This document shows, one piece after another, positions 48,343 through 60,356 of a DNA stretch of 64,000 bases. The first letter of the stretch is position 1. Each line of letters opens with the position of its first letter. This stretch comes from Macrostomum hystrix (Eukaryota; Animalia; Platyhelminthes). Made by a program: the position numbers and the translations under genes. The stretch covers positions 4,526,001 through 4,590,000 of the forward strand of contig CATNEN010000033.1 of NCBI GenBank assembly GCA_950097015.1, given 5' to 3'. The notes below the pieces were generated by a model. That model made no database searches, was not told where the DNA came from, and was given only the letters and a program-made list of their open reading frames with translations.

Positions 48343-50065
48343 TTATGCAGAATCGTCGAATGCTACCTCAGTCCAGGCGGCATTCTTTGTTCTTCGTTTA
48401 AGTCGCAACGTTGTCGGATTGACGGCGCGTTGAAGTAGGCAGTATTGCCAGACTTTGATTAGCGAATGCCCGCTGAGTTAGCAAATTGGCGGTCCGCTAT
48501 GGAGTTGAGCTGAGCAGCTCAGGGTATTGTGCTTGCTGGGCCCAGTCCATAGCCTGCTGAAGATTTGGGCCAGCCCAGCCTTCTGTGTACACGGAGAAGG
48601 AATCAACAGCTTTGCAGCCCCCCGCCCTGCCACAAGCCTCTAATATTTTTCGTAGGGTTTTGGAAGAGTGTGAGCCGGGCAACCAGAGCTCTTCCTAAAA
48701 CTGCTCCTGTCTCCCAGCTGCCGCTCCCCTCACACTTCCCAGTGGCTGTCCCTCCCTACCCCCCTCCCGGGCTGCACAGGTTGGAGATCCCTTTTTTGTT
48801 CTGGCACTCGGATCCCCGCTTCTGCCCTGAAAGGCTGAAAGAGACACAGAAGATGGGCACAAGACGGAGAGGCAGTGGTGGAAGATTAGGCCTAAAAAAC
48901 TCCCTAAAAAGCCGCCAACGCCTCCCACTGGCCTCCTAATGTATTCTCTCTGTCTCCTCACGGCCTCTTTTTCAGCGGGGAATCGTCAGGCGGCCTCATC
49001 CTGCCCCATCCTGCTCGCTTTTGAGTCCCATCCCACATGAGTCCAATGGCAGCTTAGCCAGTTTCAACAAATCTAAGAAATATTTTTTATTTCCGTTTCC
49101 AGTCTCGATAGAAGCTCATTTTAACTGTTGCTAGGGACTCGAAATTGGCAACAAAAATGAAGCCGGTTTGCTTTCTTTGCTGTTTTTATTCAAACAGATC
49201 TTTCTCAGCAAGGCTGCTGCAGCGAAGCCAATGCTTTGCCTCATTTTACCGATAAACTCACTGGCTGCAGCAGCTGGGTGAAAATGGCAAAGCACGAGTT
49301 CTTTTATTTTCCTGCCTCGACAATGCCAAGGACGAGCAGCGCGAGACGCATCGCCGCCGACGTTCAGCATATTCAAAAGCGACGACAGAGCAGAGCAGAG
49401 CATGAGTAGACGGAAGGAAAAGTACTGAAGCACAGCTGGAGACACTTTTAGGGTTTCTGGTTAAGAAGCATGGATAAGCCAGAGCAGGCAAAGCTTAGCG
49501 AATCCACAGTGAGACAGTCAGGCGGCATTGGGAAGGGGAACCAGACTCACTGCCTCAGATTCTTGGTCTTGCCAGTGTGCTCAACTTCTCAGGTTGGGAG
49601 TAGCATAAGTTAGCCGCGCCGAAGAGTTCAAGCTGCTAAAGAGCTGTACACAAAGATGTGTTATTCAATGGATTGACTGCTTAAAATATATGCTTATTCC
49701 GTACTCTGCTCAACAAAATGTAAAACAGCAATAAAATTAGAAATACGAACTATGAAGACTTTGTGAGCTAAAATTAAAATCGGACGCCGGCACATGTAAA
49801 ATGTAGGCTATATGAGGTGACCCGTGCTCCTGAATCACGAATTTCGCGCGAATGAGCTGATGACAAAAAGCTGAAAATTGTTTGTAGAAAAAGGCAACAG
49901 CTGACCTCAACAGGTGCTAGAGTGAGTGGGTGAATGAATGAGCTTTGATCTTGCAGGCAAAACTGTTACTGCAAGGCATTACTGAGGCAGCTGTTGCACA
50001 TGACGAATGCGCTGCCATCACCAGTAGACCCGCTTAGCAGACAAGTTCGAGAAGGTCGTCTGTTC

Positions 50066-53000
50066 TCAAAGGCCGCAGCTGTTGTAGCAGTCAGCCAGGT
50101 TAGCGAAGTAGTTCTGGTTTCGGCTGCAACCAAAGTTTATCATGAACTTGCACTGGTTCTGGCGCTTGCTGTAAAAGTACCCTCGGCTCAAGAGGCCGCT
50201 CTGGCTGTGACCGCAGTAGCCGCTATCATTCGGCAGCTCGCAGTGTGGTGGCAGCTGAGCGGGGTTGATGTAGGCTGGAAGTTTTGGTTGCTGCTGTTCA
50301 ACTGGCCACCGAGTTTGCACTTTTGTTCCCGACAAAACACTTCAACCGATTCAAACTCACTTGGCGCCGAATCAAACGTCGGCAGATTGACGTCGATGCC
50401 GGTGTAGCGACACATGGCTGCGGGCGGTTGGCAGAACAGCTCGATGTCTTCCTTAGCCCTATCCGCCCGCTCCTCCGGGCTGGATATGAAGCTATACATC
50501 TGCAGAATTCTGTTTTTGCACTCTGTGTCATTCAACAGGAAGCACTTGGACTGGTACAGAGAGTAGGGCTCGTCGCAGCGCACCGCCTTTCGGGACAAGG
50601 AAGATTCAAAGAAAGAGATTAGGCTGCCTAAGAGATTAGGTAGAAGATTATCGATTTCGTGGCAGAGTTTCGGCCTCACCTCGCACGGATTAAAGATGCG
50701 TCTGACGCAATAATTCTCGCAGTCGGCCAGCGAGTTGAACAGGTTGCCGTTGTTCAGCTGGCAGCCATAATGGGCGAACCACTTGCAGCGCATTTCCACC
50801 ATGTCGAATGTCCATTTCGAACGGCTAGATGAGCACTTCGGCTGATTGCGCCAATCTAGCTGGCGTTTGCACTTCTGCGGCAGCAGATCCGCCGAGTCCA
50901 CCGTCAGTGGCTGCCGGGTAGGCGGAGATGGCGCCTGTGTCATCAACGGCTGTGTCGCTGGCAGAGCTGAGGCCTGCCTCTGAAAACAAGTGAACAGTTG
51001 TTGACTCTTCCCTGCTAATCTGGCAACGATGTTTGAAGGCCTCGGAAGTCCTTTGAGACGTCCTTTGAATCGACATCAATAGTTTGCAAGTTTACTTACC
51101 GGGGCCGCTCCGGACTCGATTCTCCGAGCTACTGCTGCGGGACGAACAGAGCGTCTTATGGCCAGTGGAGCGATTCTTGAGTCTGGCGTAGTTGAGCTGG
51201 GCATTGGAGACGTCTGAAATATTTTTTCTCGGTCTTTTGTGCGAATCTGCTCGACCAAGCTTGAACACATGAGCGTTTTTTGTTCACTATTTGTCGGAAA
51301 ACTCGTCACTCTGAAGTTCAGTCACGCTTAAGGCCCTCATTTACTGTTGAAATTGCAGCACGTGGCTGTCACTCACCGGTTCTGGAATCCCAGCCACTTG
51401 CCGCATAAACTTCAAATTGTCCGCGGCCATCTCATCCTGGACTCTCTTGGGCAGCCATGCCGGTAGAATCTCCCAGTAATTTCGGGTCACATGCTCATAC
51501 GCTGGCACCTCTGTGGTCGTGGCCTAAATGCATGTAGGGGGTATGATTTTGCTAACCATTTTGCAGCATGCAAACTACTTTAAGTAGAGCGATGAAATAT
51601 ATCGTACCAAATCTCTATCAACGGACAGCCGGCGCGCCGACAGAACTTGATTTTCCAGCTGGAACTGGCGCCTAACCTCCGGGTGCAACCAGGCGGGCAG
51701 GACCTCCCAGTACATGCGGGTCACGTGTTCCGCTGGCGGCGCAGTCGTGGTCTTCAACTGGAAAGAGAGAATTATGCTCAGCATTTATTGAATTTGAATG
51801 AGCATTAGTTGCATTTTACCTGCCGCTGAATGTTGGCTACCCTGGCCAGGAACTCCTCATTGTCGCGCTGAATCTCGTTCCTGACCCTGCTCTGGAGCCA
51901 GCTCGGGTAGTGCTCCCAGTAGTCGCGGGTGACGTGCACTGCATCTGGCGCCTCGGTCGTGGGCGTCTTCAAAAGTTCGGGTTCGGGTTCGCTCTGTCCT
52001 CACTTTTCAGTAGTATTTTACCAAGCTACACGAGAATCATCTACTTCGTAAACAAAAAGCGCTACTGCAAAATCAGAGGGGACTCAAACTCACCGGCTTA
52101 GGCAGTCCGGCTCTTTGTCTGTTTTCATTGTTATCCAGCTCAAACTGCAGCCGCACCTCCGGGGGCAGCCATGCCGGCAGGTGGCGCGGGGACCAGTACT
52201 GCTTGGTCACGTGAGCCAACTCCGGTTCCGGCGTTGTTTGTGAGGCCTGGTTTGTTAAAATCGCAACAAAATGATTCTAAGATATTTTTGTGCCAGTTCT
52301 AAAATAACTTACGCTATAAGAATCTAGGTTTACACTAAATTACCATCACTGTAAGAAAAGTATAGAGGCAAAAAGTCGAACCATCCCTTACGAGTCTCTG
52401 CAGTTGCTCTTTGACAAGGCGCTTGTGCTCCGGACTGGCCTCTTGCACCTTACCGCGGCTGACAGGGCCCGCTGTAGTTGTTTTGGCTGCCGATGTGGCA
52501 GAAGATTCTGTGAAGGGCTGTATCGTCGTGTCAGGTATTTTAACACTGGATACTATCGTGTCAGCACTTGCATTTTCGGTGTTTGGGAGGTCAGCAGTTG
52601 AGGTCACAGCGACTGGCGTCTCGGCTGTTGTCTGGTCCTCATCGGTTGCCAGGAACCAGGCTTTTGAGCCACTGGCCAGAACGAGCTGGAATTGAGTACT
52701 CTGGGCTTGAGTTGCTCGTTGAGCGAAGTCAAGGACACTCAAAGTTGGTCAGCTGTTTTAGTATTCGAAGCACTGAAATGCTGAAGACTGGCAACCGCAA
52801 TCTACTAAATTCTGTATTGGGATTTCTATCCCGTACTGTACGCTCGTAAATAAGAAAATTTTCCGGAAGCAGCTGCAAAATGGTTTCCTAATTGGTCCTG
52901 GCCGCGCCCAGACAGTCCATCTATTAAAGTACATTCGTCTGGCAAAATTATACGAGCTTATATATTTATTTCTGTTTGATTGTTTTCTAGTTTCCAAGTG

Positions 53001-53075
53001 CGCACGTACTCGAGTTCAAGCACTCACCAGACAAGCCGCTAGCAGAGCCGCTGCCGCGACCCTCGATTGTTTCAT
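50066..53075 (-). CDS. Secreted 644-aa protein: signal peptide, Thr/Ser-rich stalk, 4x unrecognised ~50-aa module, Cys-rich linker, two Kunitz/BPTI domains. Exons 53075-53028, 52685-52392, 52246-52094, 51993-51820, 51757-51608, 51523-51377, 51213-51100, 50979-50361, 50301-50066
   Basis: Nine GT-AG exons total 1935 nt in frame. Signal peptide MKQSRVAAAALLAACL|LVLASGSKA. Kunitz 6-Cys patterns KCKRQ...PKC...RCKWFAHYGC..NGNLFNSLADCENYC and HCELPNDSGYC...QCKFMINFGC..NQNYFANLADCYNSC. Confidence 0.85.
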
Positions 53076-54309
53076 GGCGTGAGAACTCTGGTGTCGATTT
53101 CCGGGCCACCCTGGATGCGCCCTGGATGCGCAGCAGAATTTGGGCGGTTGGCAGAGCTCGAGTCGCACGGTACACAGGCTGTTGCTGCTCCGAGATGGGT
53201 CGATTGTCGAGGAAAGAAGCGGAGGCAAAATGCGGTGTTCGGAAGCCCTCGCAGATGTCGGGTATTATCGAGGTCACACCGCTAGAGTAAATAGGCAATC
53301 ATTGGAAAAGAAACCGCCCATACTGAGGTTCGAGCATCGCGCCATCTTTAAATGTTAGTCAGCCAGGGCAGAGGCAGAGAGAAGCGCAACTGGTTGGGGA
53401 GGGCGACTGTGTGTCTTCGGCTCGCAGCCTCCCCACCGCCGATCCTTTGGACGGTCCAATTAACTCTCAGCGAGGGGGTGGCGCGGCAAGGATGCTGGAA
53501 GTGAAAGCGGCTATAGAAGGCATTGCCTCATCAGTCACCGCCGCTGGGCGGGGCTCCGGCTGGCCTCTCTAACACCGCTAACGCGCGACTTGCTGAAGTG
53601 CCGCTCCGCGCTTAGTCAGGGGCTGACAAATGACCGCTGTCAAAAAAGTAGCTTCAGTCTAGTTAGTAGGCCTTCGAGGTCCAGAGAATAGGGGATGAAC
53701 CGGAGGTCCGCAGGGCTAGCGGGCAAACAGCGTATGTGAGGATCCACTTCCCGAAATTCTGGCTAAGAAAAAGCTATTCGCATTAACCTCGAAAATGCAT
53801 TTGCAGGCGGATCACAACAATCCCGTTGGATAACCTTCTAGCTCCAAAGCACAACAACAGATGATTCTTCCAGTTGCTAACGAATGCAGGCACCCAAAAT
53901 CCAGGGCCTGATCAGCAAGATATTTGCTACTGCAACTAGCCGAAAGTCTAAGAAAAGATGCAAGGAAAATCAAGGGTTCCAGGAGGAGTGTTGCAGCCTC
54001 GTGTATTAGATTTCATACATCTGCATTCTGTGCTGGGAACTAGTTAACATTTAACAACTAGTTCGTACTTTTTGCAATCTGTTTCAGTTTCCTCAATGAT
54101 TTACTCACTCGCTGACGTCACTGACAACGAATTTCAATCAAAAAGCGGTTGCAGAAAAGTTGCAAATCGTAAACCCTTCTCATGCGTAACTGGATAAGAC
54201 AAGGGAGATATGAGACAGGGGAGAGATAAGACAAGGGAGAGATGAGACAGGGGAGAGATGAGACGGGAGAGATGAGACGGGAGAGATGAGATAGCGGAGA
54301 AAAAAGACA

Positions 54310-54910
54310 GACTCTGCCAAATGGAGACCGGATTGCCGGATGCGACGACTTCCGCTACCGTGGCTCCCTCGTGGCTAATGCTAATGCCATTATTTCAGAC
54401 AGAGGAGCACAGGCCTGGCGCGCAGCTCGATTACTAAGTGCCATCTTCTGCCATCTTTGCACAGCAGCTGACCTCATCCTGCTCTACTGACTCGAAACGA
54501 TACCGATGACGAAGACGCGCGAGGACGCTCTTGACGCGCTCTACAGGGCGATGCTCAGGTATGCCCTTGGGATCGGGTACCCGGAGACGATCTCAAACCA
54601 GGTGCTTGAGCGGCAAACAAAAACTCCTCCGCTACCTCCGCACCCTGCAACTACGGCGCCAGCGGCTTCTTGGCCATGTTCTCCGACGACAAGGCCGAGG
54701 GGAAACCAATCCGCTGACGATGACTGTTCGTCATCTGCCGCGCGACCCGCTTAGGCCCATCCATGCACGGAAGAACTGCTACCCTCGTCCAGACCTACCT
54801 GAACGACCTCGAGGCAATGGACATGACCGCCATCGAGGCTGTCGCTTTCCCGTCGCAAGTGTTTCGCGACCGTCCGGGCCTCTTCGTCCTAGCATATACT
54901 ACTACTATAC
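54310..54910 (+). mobile_element. Degenerate 5'-truncated LINE (RT thumb/C-terminus) with (TAC)n tail
   Basis: GDRIAGCDDFRYRGSL...AWRA; LYRAMLRYALGIGYPETISN; LRRQRLLGHVLR; TYLNDL. Stops and frameshifts are present; TACTACTAC at ~54897-54907. Confidence 0.8.
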
Positions 54911-55685
54911 ACAGGAGAGTGATACGCAGGAGAGATGAGACAGGGGAGATATGAGACAACGGATCAGAGTTTTCCGGTCCATGTTTCCAAGGTTCGAGTC
55001 CGTGACGCCACTACATGCTGGAATCAATTGCCAATAATAGGAGTAGCAAAGGCACTGTGGTATTGAAATTTTCCCTCTGGTTACTTACACGAGATTCGAT
55101 AACTCAACCCTGTTTGCACGCGCCTTGCATTTGAACACGCGTTACGTAATTTGACTGGAATCCCATTGTAAAATCTCGCGATTTTATTGATTTCAATAAA
55201 TTTATTAACAGAATATACCAGTAAGAATACTCTGAATAAGTTATTATATATTTCAAAAAGATTGTGTGTCTGACACCGCAACACAGCAGACAGGCTGATC
55301 GTGTAGAGATTCAAACAGATTCGGTGGTCATAAATGTTATGTTACGTCCCTTCGGTATAAAAGGTGATCGCGTTCCAGTGCAGAATGTACAGGTTAGTGG
55401 GGTCCAAGCGTGATCCAAGTATGGCGTAAGCAAAAAGGTGAAATTTTACTGTGAGATGAATATTCGATTTCCTAGCGCTTGAGTGTATATATTTTCTTTA
55501 AAAGTGTGTCAGTAGCTCTTTGATGCATTTCCTGTGGCACAGAAACAAATCAGACGATCTCTCTTCGTTAGTACGAGTACTATTGTACAGATTTAGGGTT
55601 GTGACAGAATCCCTGTAGATAGCAAACATCATTGGTTCGAATCCGCGCAAGGAAGATCCCGCTTGCTCCCCGAGAGCTCAAGTTT

Positions 55686-57107
55686 TCAGGCCTGCACTGT
55701 TGTCGGATTGCAGTGAACCACCGCTGGCGGGCCTTCCGTGTCGATGCCGACGACAACGCTGCCAGATCCTCGACGAACGCGGCTGCCGCCACCTCCGCCG
55801 CCGTTGGCAGCCAGCCGGACGATGACAAACTCGAAGCGGCTGTGCAGCATCCAGATCTCGTAGATGGTGAACATCAGGATGATGCTGCCGCCGACCACGA
55901 TCAGCGTGATGTTGACGGCATTCGGCGCTCGCCGGCCGTCGTAGAAGATCGACCACATGCCGAAAGAGATCAGGAAGGCGGTGATGATCAGAACAGAGAG
56001 CAGGTGCCGCGTGAATGACAGGCAGGCGCGATGGTCGCAGGTGCCCCGGCCGCGGTGTCTGGTGACGCGAAGCCCCGTGCAGCAGGCCGGGCAGGTCAGG
56101 CTGAGCTTCCGGCGGCCGGCGCTGCCCAGGATGCCCGCCTCGAAGAAGGCGGCCTCCAGGCAGCTGACGTGCAGGTACCTGGGGACGGGTTAGCGAATAG
56201 CTCGATTTCAGTTGAGTAGGCTCAAAGCAGTGAGCTAAAATTAACAAAGCAAACAAGGCCTGCAAGAATTACTACCCGTGTCAGCACACGAACTGCACCT
56301 GTCTGGGCAGAGGCAAGGCAGCTTCTGCCAGCGCCGCGAGCCCGGAGGAATATCCAGCTCCACACCCGGTGGCGTCCGGCCGTTCGAGTTCTTCAGGCAG
56401 GAGTCGCAGAGCATGCAGATGTCGTCGCAGAGCATATTCTGCTCCGTGTCGGTGATGATCGGCCGCCCGGAGAACCGAAGGTCGTCAGTTAGGCCGTCTG
56501 GCTTCGCAGACGTACCAGCAGGAGCCGTTGAGGCCCGCGCACGATTGGCTTCGTGATGATGATGGGAGTGAAATGGTCTAAAATTTTGAATGGTAATTTT
56601 TTTAACTGCCTACTGTAAGTAGCTGTAGCAGAGAGTCTCTTAGCAGATTGTTGTGCGCAAGAACCTCTTAAGCAGTCGTTGGTGTACATCTGGCACCGCT
56701 TTTTGCTAACGCCAAAGACAAAAGCTTTTGCTATGACCTGCCCGACTTACTGAGGAAGTTTTTAGTGCAAAACTCCCAGGTAACGGCCTGCTTATCAGAG
56801 GGGTAGGTGAACAGACTAGGGTGTGCTCGGATATGTACTGCTCGGATATGTGTTGTTAGCACCTTAACTTTGAGCAGACCGATTTCCAAGCAATTTTCTT
56901 GGCTAAAACTGAAGATTGGCATTCGATTTTCAGACCCAGAACTCTGTGCATTGAATCTGATGCTTTTGGAAGTTTATACGGAACAAATGAGTCGCAGACT
57001 CACTTGGCAGTCTTGGCCTCTGAGGCAACAACCGCTGCCACGAAAGCGGAATGGCTGCCGCTGCTGCTGGAGGGCGGTGCTGTTGCTGGCTGAGAGTGCA
57101 TTTCCAT
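55686..57107 (-). CDS. MARCH-type RING-CH (C4HC3) membrane E3 ubiquitin ligase, ~291 aa. Exons 57107-57004, 56577-56299, 56178-55686
   Basis: CMLCDSC...LPCLCPDR|YLHVSCL...LTCPAC followed by two TM helices (LLSVLIITAFLISFGMWSIFY; ITLIVVGGSIILMFTIYEIWML). Splice phases are consistent; more upstream exons are possible. Confidence 0.85.
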
Positions 57108-57839
57108 CCGCTGAAAAAATGAAAATTCCGCCTTCAGGATACAAAGGGATTCGATTTTTTCTAGTCTCCAGTTGTGCTTAATTAACAGAAGTGACTGCTG
57201 CAAAGATGGGACCAAAACACAGTGAGAATATCAGGAAAAGCCTGGATATGACAGCCAGATAAATAGAGAAACGAGATCTAGATAAGGCAATGGAAATCAG
57301 GCGCACTCACAAACAGAAATAACACAGCGAGGTCAATCCAGGGCCCAAATTGAGCATTGCGAAAACGCGCGTGAGCCTATTTGAGAAGTTAAGAATGAGG
57401 AAGCTAGAAAGAGCGATAAGACCGTGTGACAAAGCGGACTTACTGGCCGCGAAGTGGCAGCTCTGGAGGGCAGCAGGCGGGCTGTGGCTGAGTCGGAGTC
57501 CAGGACTGAGAACAGGCCGTTCTCTGAGCACCAATGCGCTGTCTGGGCCCAAGCTCTGGGGTCCTTTCCCAGGGTTTTATACGCCTCGGTCGAGCCCGTT
57601 CTCGCCCCGCCCCCTAGAAGAATCCAGAAGATTCTGGACCAATCAGTCGACTCACTGCCACGAGTCGGAACAATTTTGTAAATATATTTGCAAAAAAACC
57701 AGTTTAAACCGCACTGGAGAACAAAAGCAGAAGATCTTATCTGCTGCCATCATGTAGGTAGTTTCCGAAGAATCTCTGTGACCTACCATAATGTAGTACG
57801 CAGTAAAAAACTACTGAAATCATATTTAAAGTAAAGGGC

Positions 57840-58550
57840 TGGGGTTCACCTGCTGGGGTTCACCTGAAGGACTGAGGTTCACCTGAAGGACTGAGGTTCA
57901 CCTGAAGGACTGATGTTCACCTGAAGGACTGAGGTTCACCTGAATGACTGATGTTCACCTGAAGGACTGAGGTTCACCTGAAGGACTGATGTTCACCTGA
58001 AGGACTGAGGTTCCCCTGAAGGACTGAGGTTGGCCTGAAGGAATGAGGTTCACCTGAAGGACTGAGGTTCACCTGAAGGACTGAGGTTCACCTGAAGGAC
58101 TGAGGTTCCCCTGAAGGACTGAGGTTGGCCTGAAGGAATGAGGTTCACCTGAAGGACTGAGGTTCACCTGAAGGACTGAGGTTCACCTGAAGGACTGATG
58201 TTCACCTGAAGGACTGAGGTTCCCCTGAAGGACTGAGGTTGGCCTGAAGGAATGAGGTTCACCTGAAGGACTGAGGTTCACCTGAAGGACTAAGGTTCAC
58301 CTGAAGGACTGAGGTTCAACTGAAGGACTGAGGCTCACCTGAATGACTGATGTTCACCTGAAGGACTGATGTTCACCTGAATGACTGAGGTTCACCTGAA
58401 GTACTGAGGTTCATCTGAAGGACTGAGGTTCAACTGAAGGACTGAGGTTCACCTGAAGGACTGAGGTTCACCTGAAGGACTGAGGTTCACCTAAATGACT
58501 GAGGTTCACCTGAAGGACTGAGGTTCACCTGAAGGACTGAGGTTCACCCG
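57840..58550. repeat. 19-bp minisatellite x~37 (CTGAGGTTCACCTGAAGGA)
   Basis: TTCACC at 57859, 57878 and 57897. Confidence 0.97.
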
Positions 58551-59639
58551 ATGGATTGGGGATTATCTAAATAGCTGGGGTTCATCTGAAGGACTAAAGT
58601 TGATCTGCAGGTATGAGACCTATCTGTCACTCATTTGTTGTTACAGTAACACATTGGAAAGGCCAGACCATTGCGCACCATTTCAAACTGTTAGCAATGA
58701 AGCATGAACCTAGGCAAACAAATAAATTTTATAGAACGCGATGAGATTGACTGAAGCATATTTGCTCTGGCTGCAGGATGGAATGCAACTTGCTTTGCTT
58801 GAGGGCGGGAGAGGCAAACACTTGAGCACGCGGGCACCTAGACTAGAATGGGCTCAACCCTGCTGGGACAAAAAGTCGGTCAGGCTCGCAAAAAAATACA
58901 GGTAAGAAGTTGATATGAAATCATGACTTCAAAGCTCCTTGTATTTCAAATCGTGAATCGCAATGTCAAGATAAACGTTTCCTGTCCACTCAACCTCTCT
59001 CCTCTGCGACTTAACTCAAGTTATCTCGCTAAAGTGCATTTGGAAACGATTTGAAACAGAAAACTAGTTCTCAAACTAGCTTTTAATGTTATCAAAACCG
59101 GCCTCTCATTCTTAGAATGCGCTCTCATTTTCTCACATGTTCTAGTCCTAGAAAATGCATTCAACGCTTTCTGTTTCGTAATTGCTTTCCCACGTATTTC
59201 AGTGGCCATTCTGCATTAGCGCCGGGCGTGGCTGCGAGCTTTGCCACTTTCACTTTCTGGGTCAGTTTCTTAGCGTATTTGTTCAGCGAAACACAAAGAA
59301 AGGCGAGCCATTGTCGGCAGCCTCAGTTGATACCGACGCACATAAAAAAGGGGCTCCAGCTAATTGATAATGCTGCCATTATCTCTAATTGCGTGTCCGG
59401 TTATCTAGGGCGTGTGACAGTACTGGGAAACAATCTTTCCATAGATTGTGTGGATTCTAAGTGTGGATTTTGTAGTATCTACAAGACGCTTTGTCAAACG
59501 CTTGTTCTTCAGATGCGCTTTGCGAGAATCGGCCGCTAATATTCGTAGAAAGGAATTTTTCCAGCAACTGCGGGAGACGGAAGAGGGACAGGGAGAGGGA
59601 CAGGGACGGGGAGAGGGAGAGGGGGAGAGGGAGAATCTT

Positions 59640-60120
59640 CGTGGGAGTATCTCGGAGGGAGTATCTCGAATGGACTATCTCGGAGGGAGAATCTGATCGG
59701 AGAGAGTACTCGGAGGGAGAATCTGATCGGAGGGAGTACTCGGAGGGAGAATCTGATCGGAGGGAGTACTCGGAGGGAGAATCTCGGAGGGAGTATCTCG
59801 GAGGGAGAATCTCGGAGGGAGTATCTCGGAGGGAGAATCTCGGAGGGAGAATCTCGGAGGGAGAATCTCGGAGGGAGTATCTCGGAGGGAGAATCTCGGA
59901 GGGAGTATCTCGGAGGGAGTATCTCGGAGGGAGTATCTCGGAGGGAGTATCTCGGAGGGAGTATCTCGGAGGGAGAATCTCGGAGGGAGTATCTCGGAGG
60001 GAGTACTTGGAGGGAGAATCTGATCGGAGGGAGAATCGGATTGGAGGGAGAATCGGATTGGAGGGAGTACTCTGAGGGAGAATCTGATTGGGGGGAGTAC
60101 TCGGAGGGAGAATCTCGGCC
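59640..60120. repeat. 14-bp purine-rich tandem repeat (GGAGGGAG[A/T]ATCTC) with variants
   Basis: Directly visible. Confidence 0.95.
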
Positions 60121-60356
60121 GGAGAACCTCGGAAACCTCAGGGAGTAGGCTAAACAACTGATAAAAATCTGCGTGAAAAATTACGAAACTCTGAGTAGAA
60201 AGTGGAACATTAAGTTTGCTTGCTCTTGTCTATAATTTGTCTATAATTTGTTTATAATTTCTTTCGTCCAAATCTAGACTGAGATATCAGAAAAGAGTCA
60301 GTTAAAAACACTAACAGCAACAGTAAACTTTCCAGGTCAGTACCGTCTCGCTCAGC

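Noticed and set aside
48497-48682. VYTEGW motif suggesting an RNase H fragment
   Set aside because: Too short, with no other RT/RNase H motifs nearby.
54113-54120. TGACGTCA CRE palindrome
   Set aside because: A single 8-mer is expected by chance in 64 kb and is not tied to a defined start site.
59491-60157. EGVSRREYL / PSEILPPR repeat ORFs
   Set aside because: Translations of the 14-bp purine-rich array.
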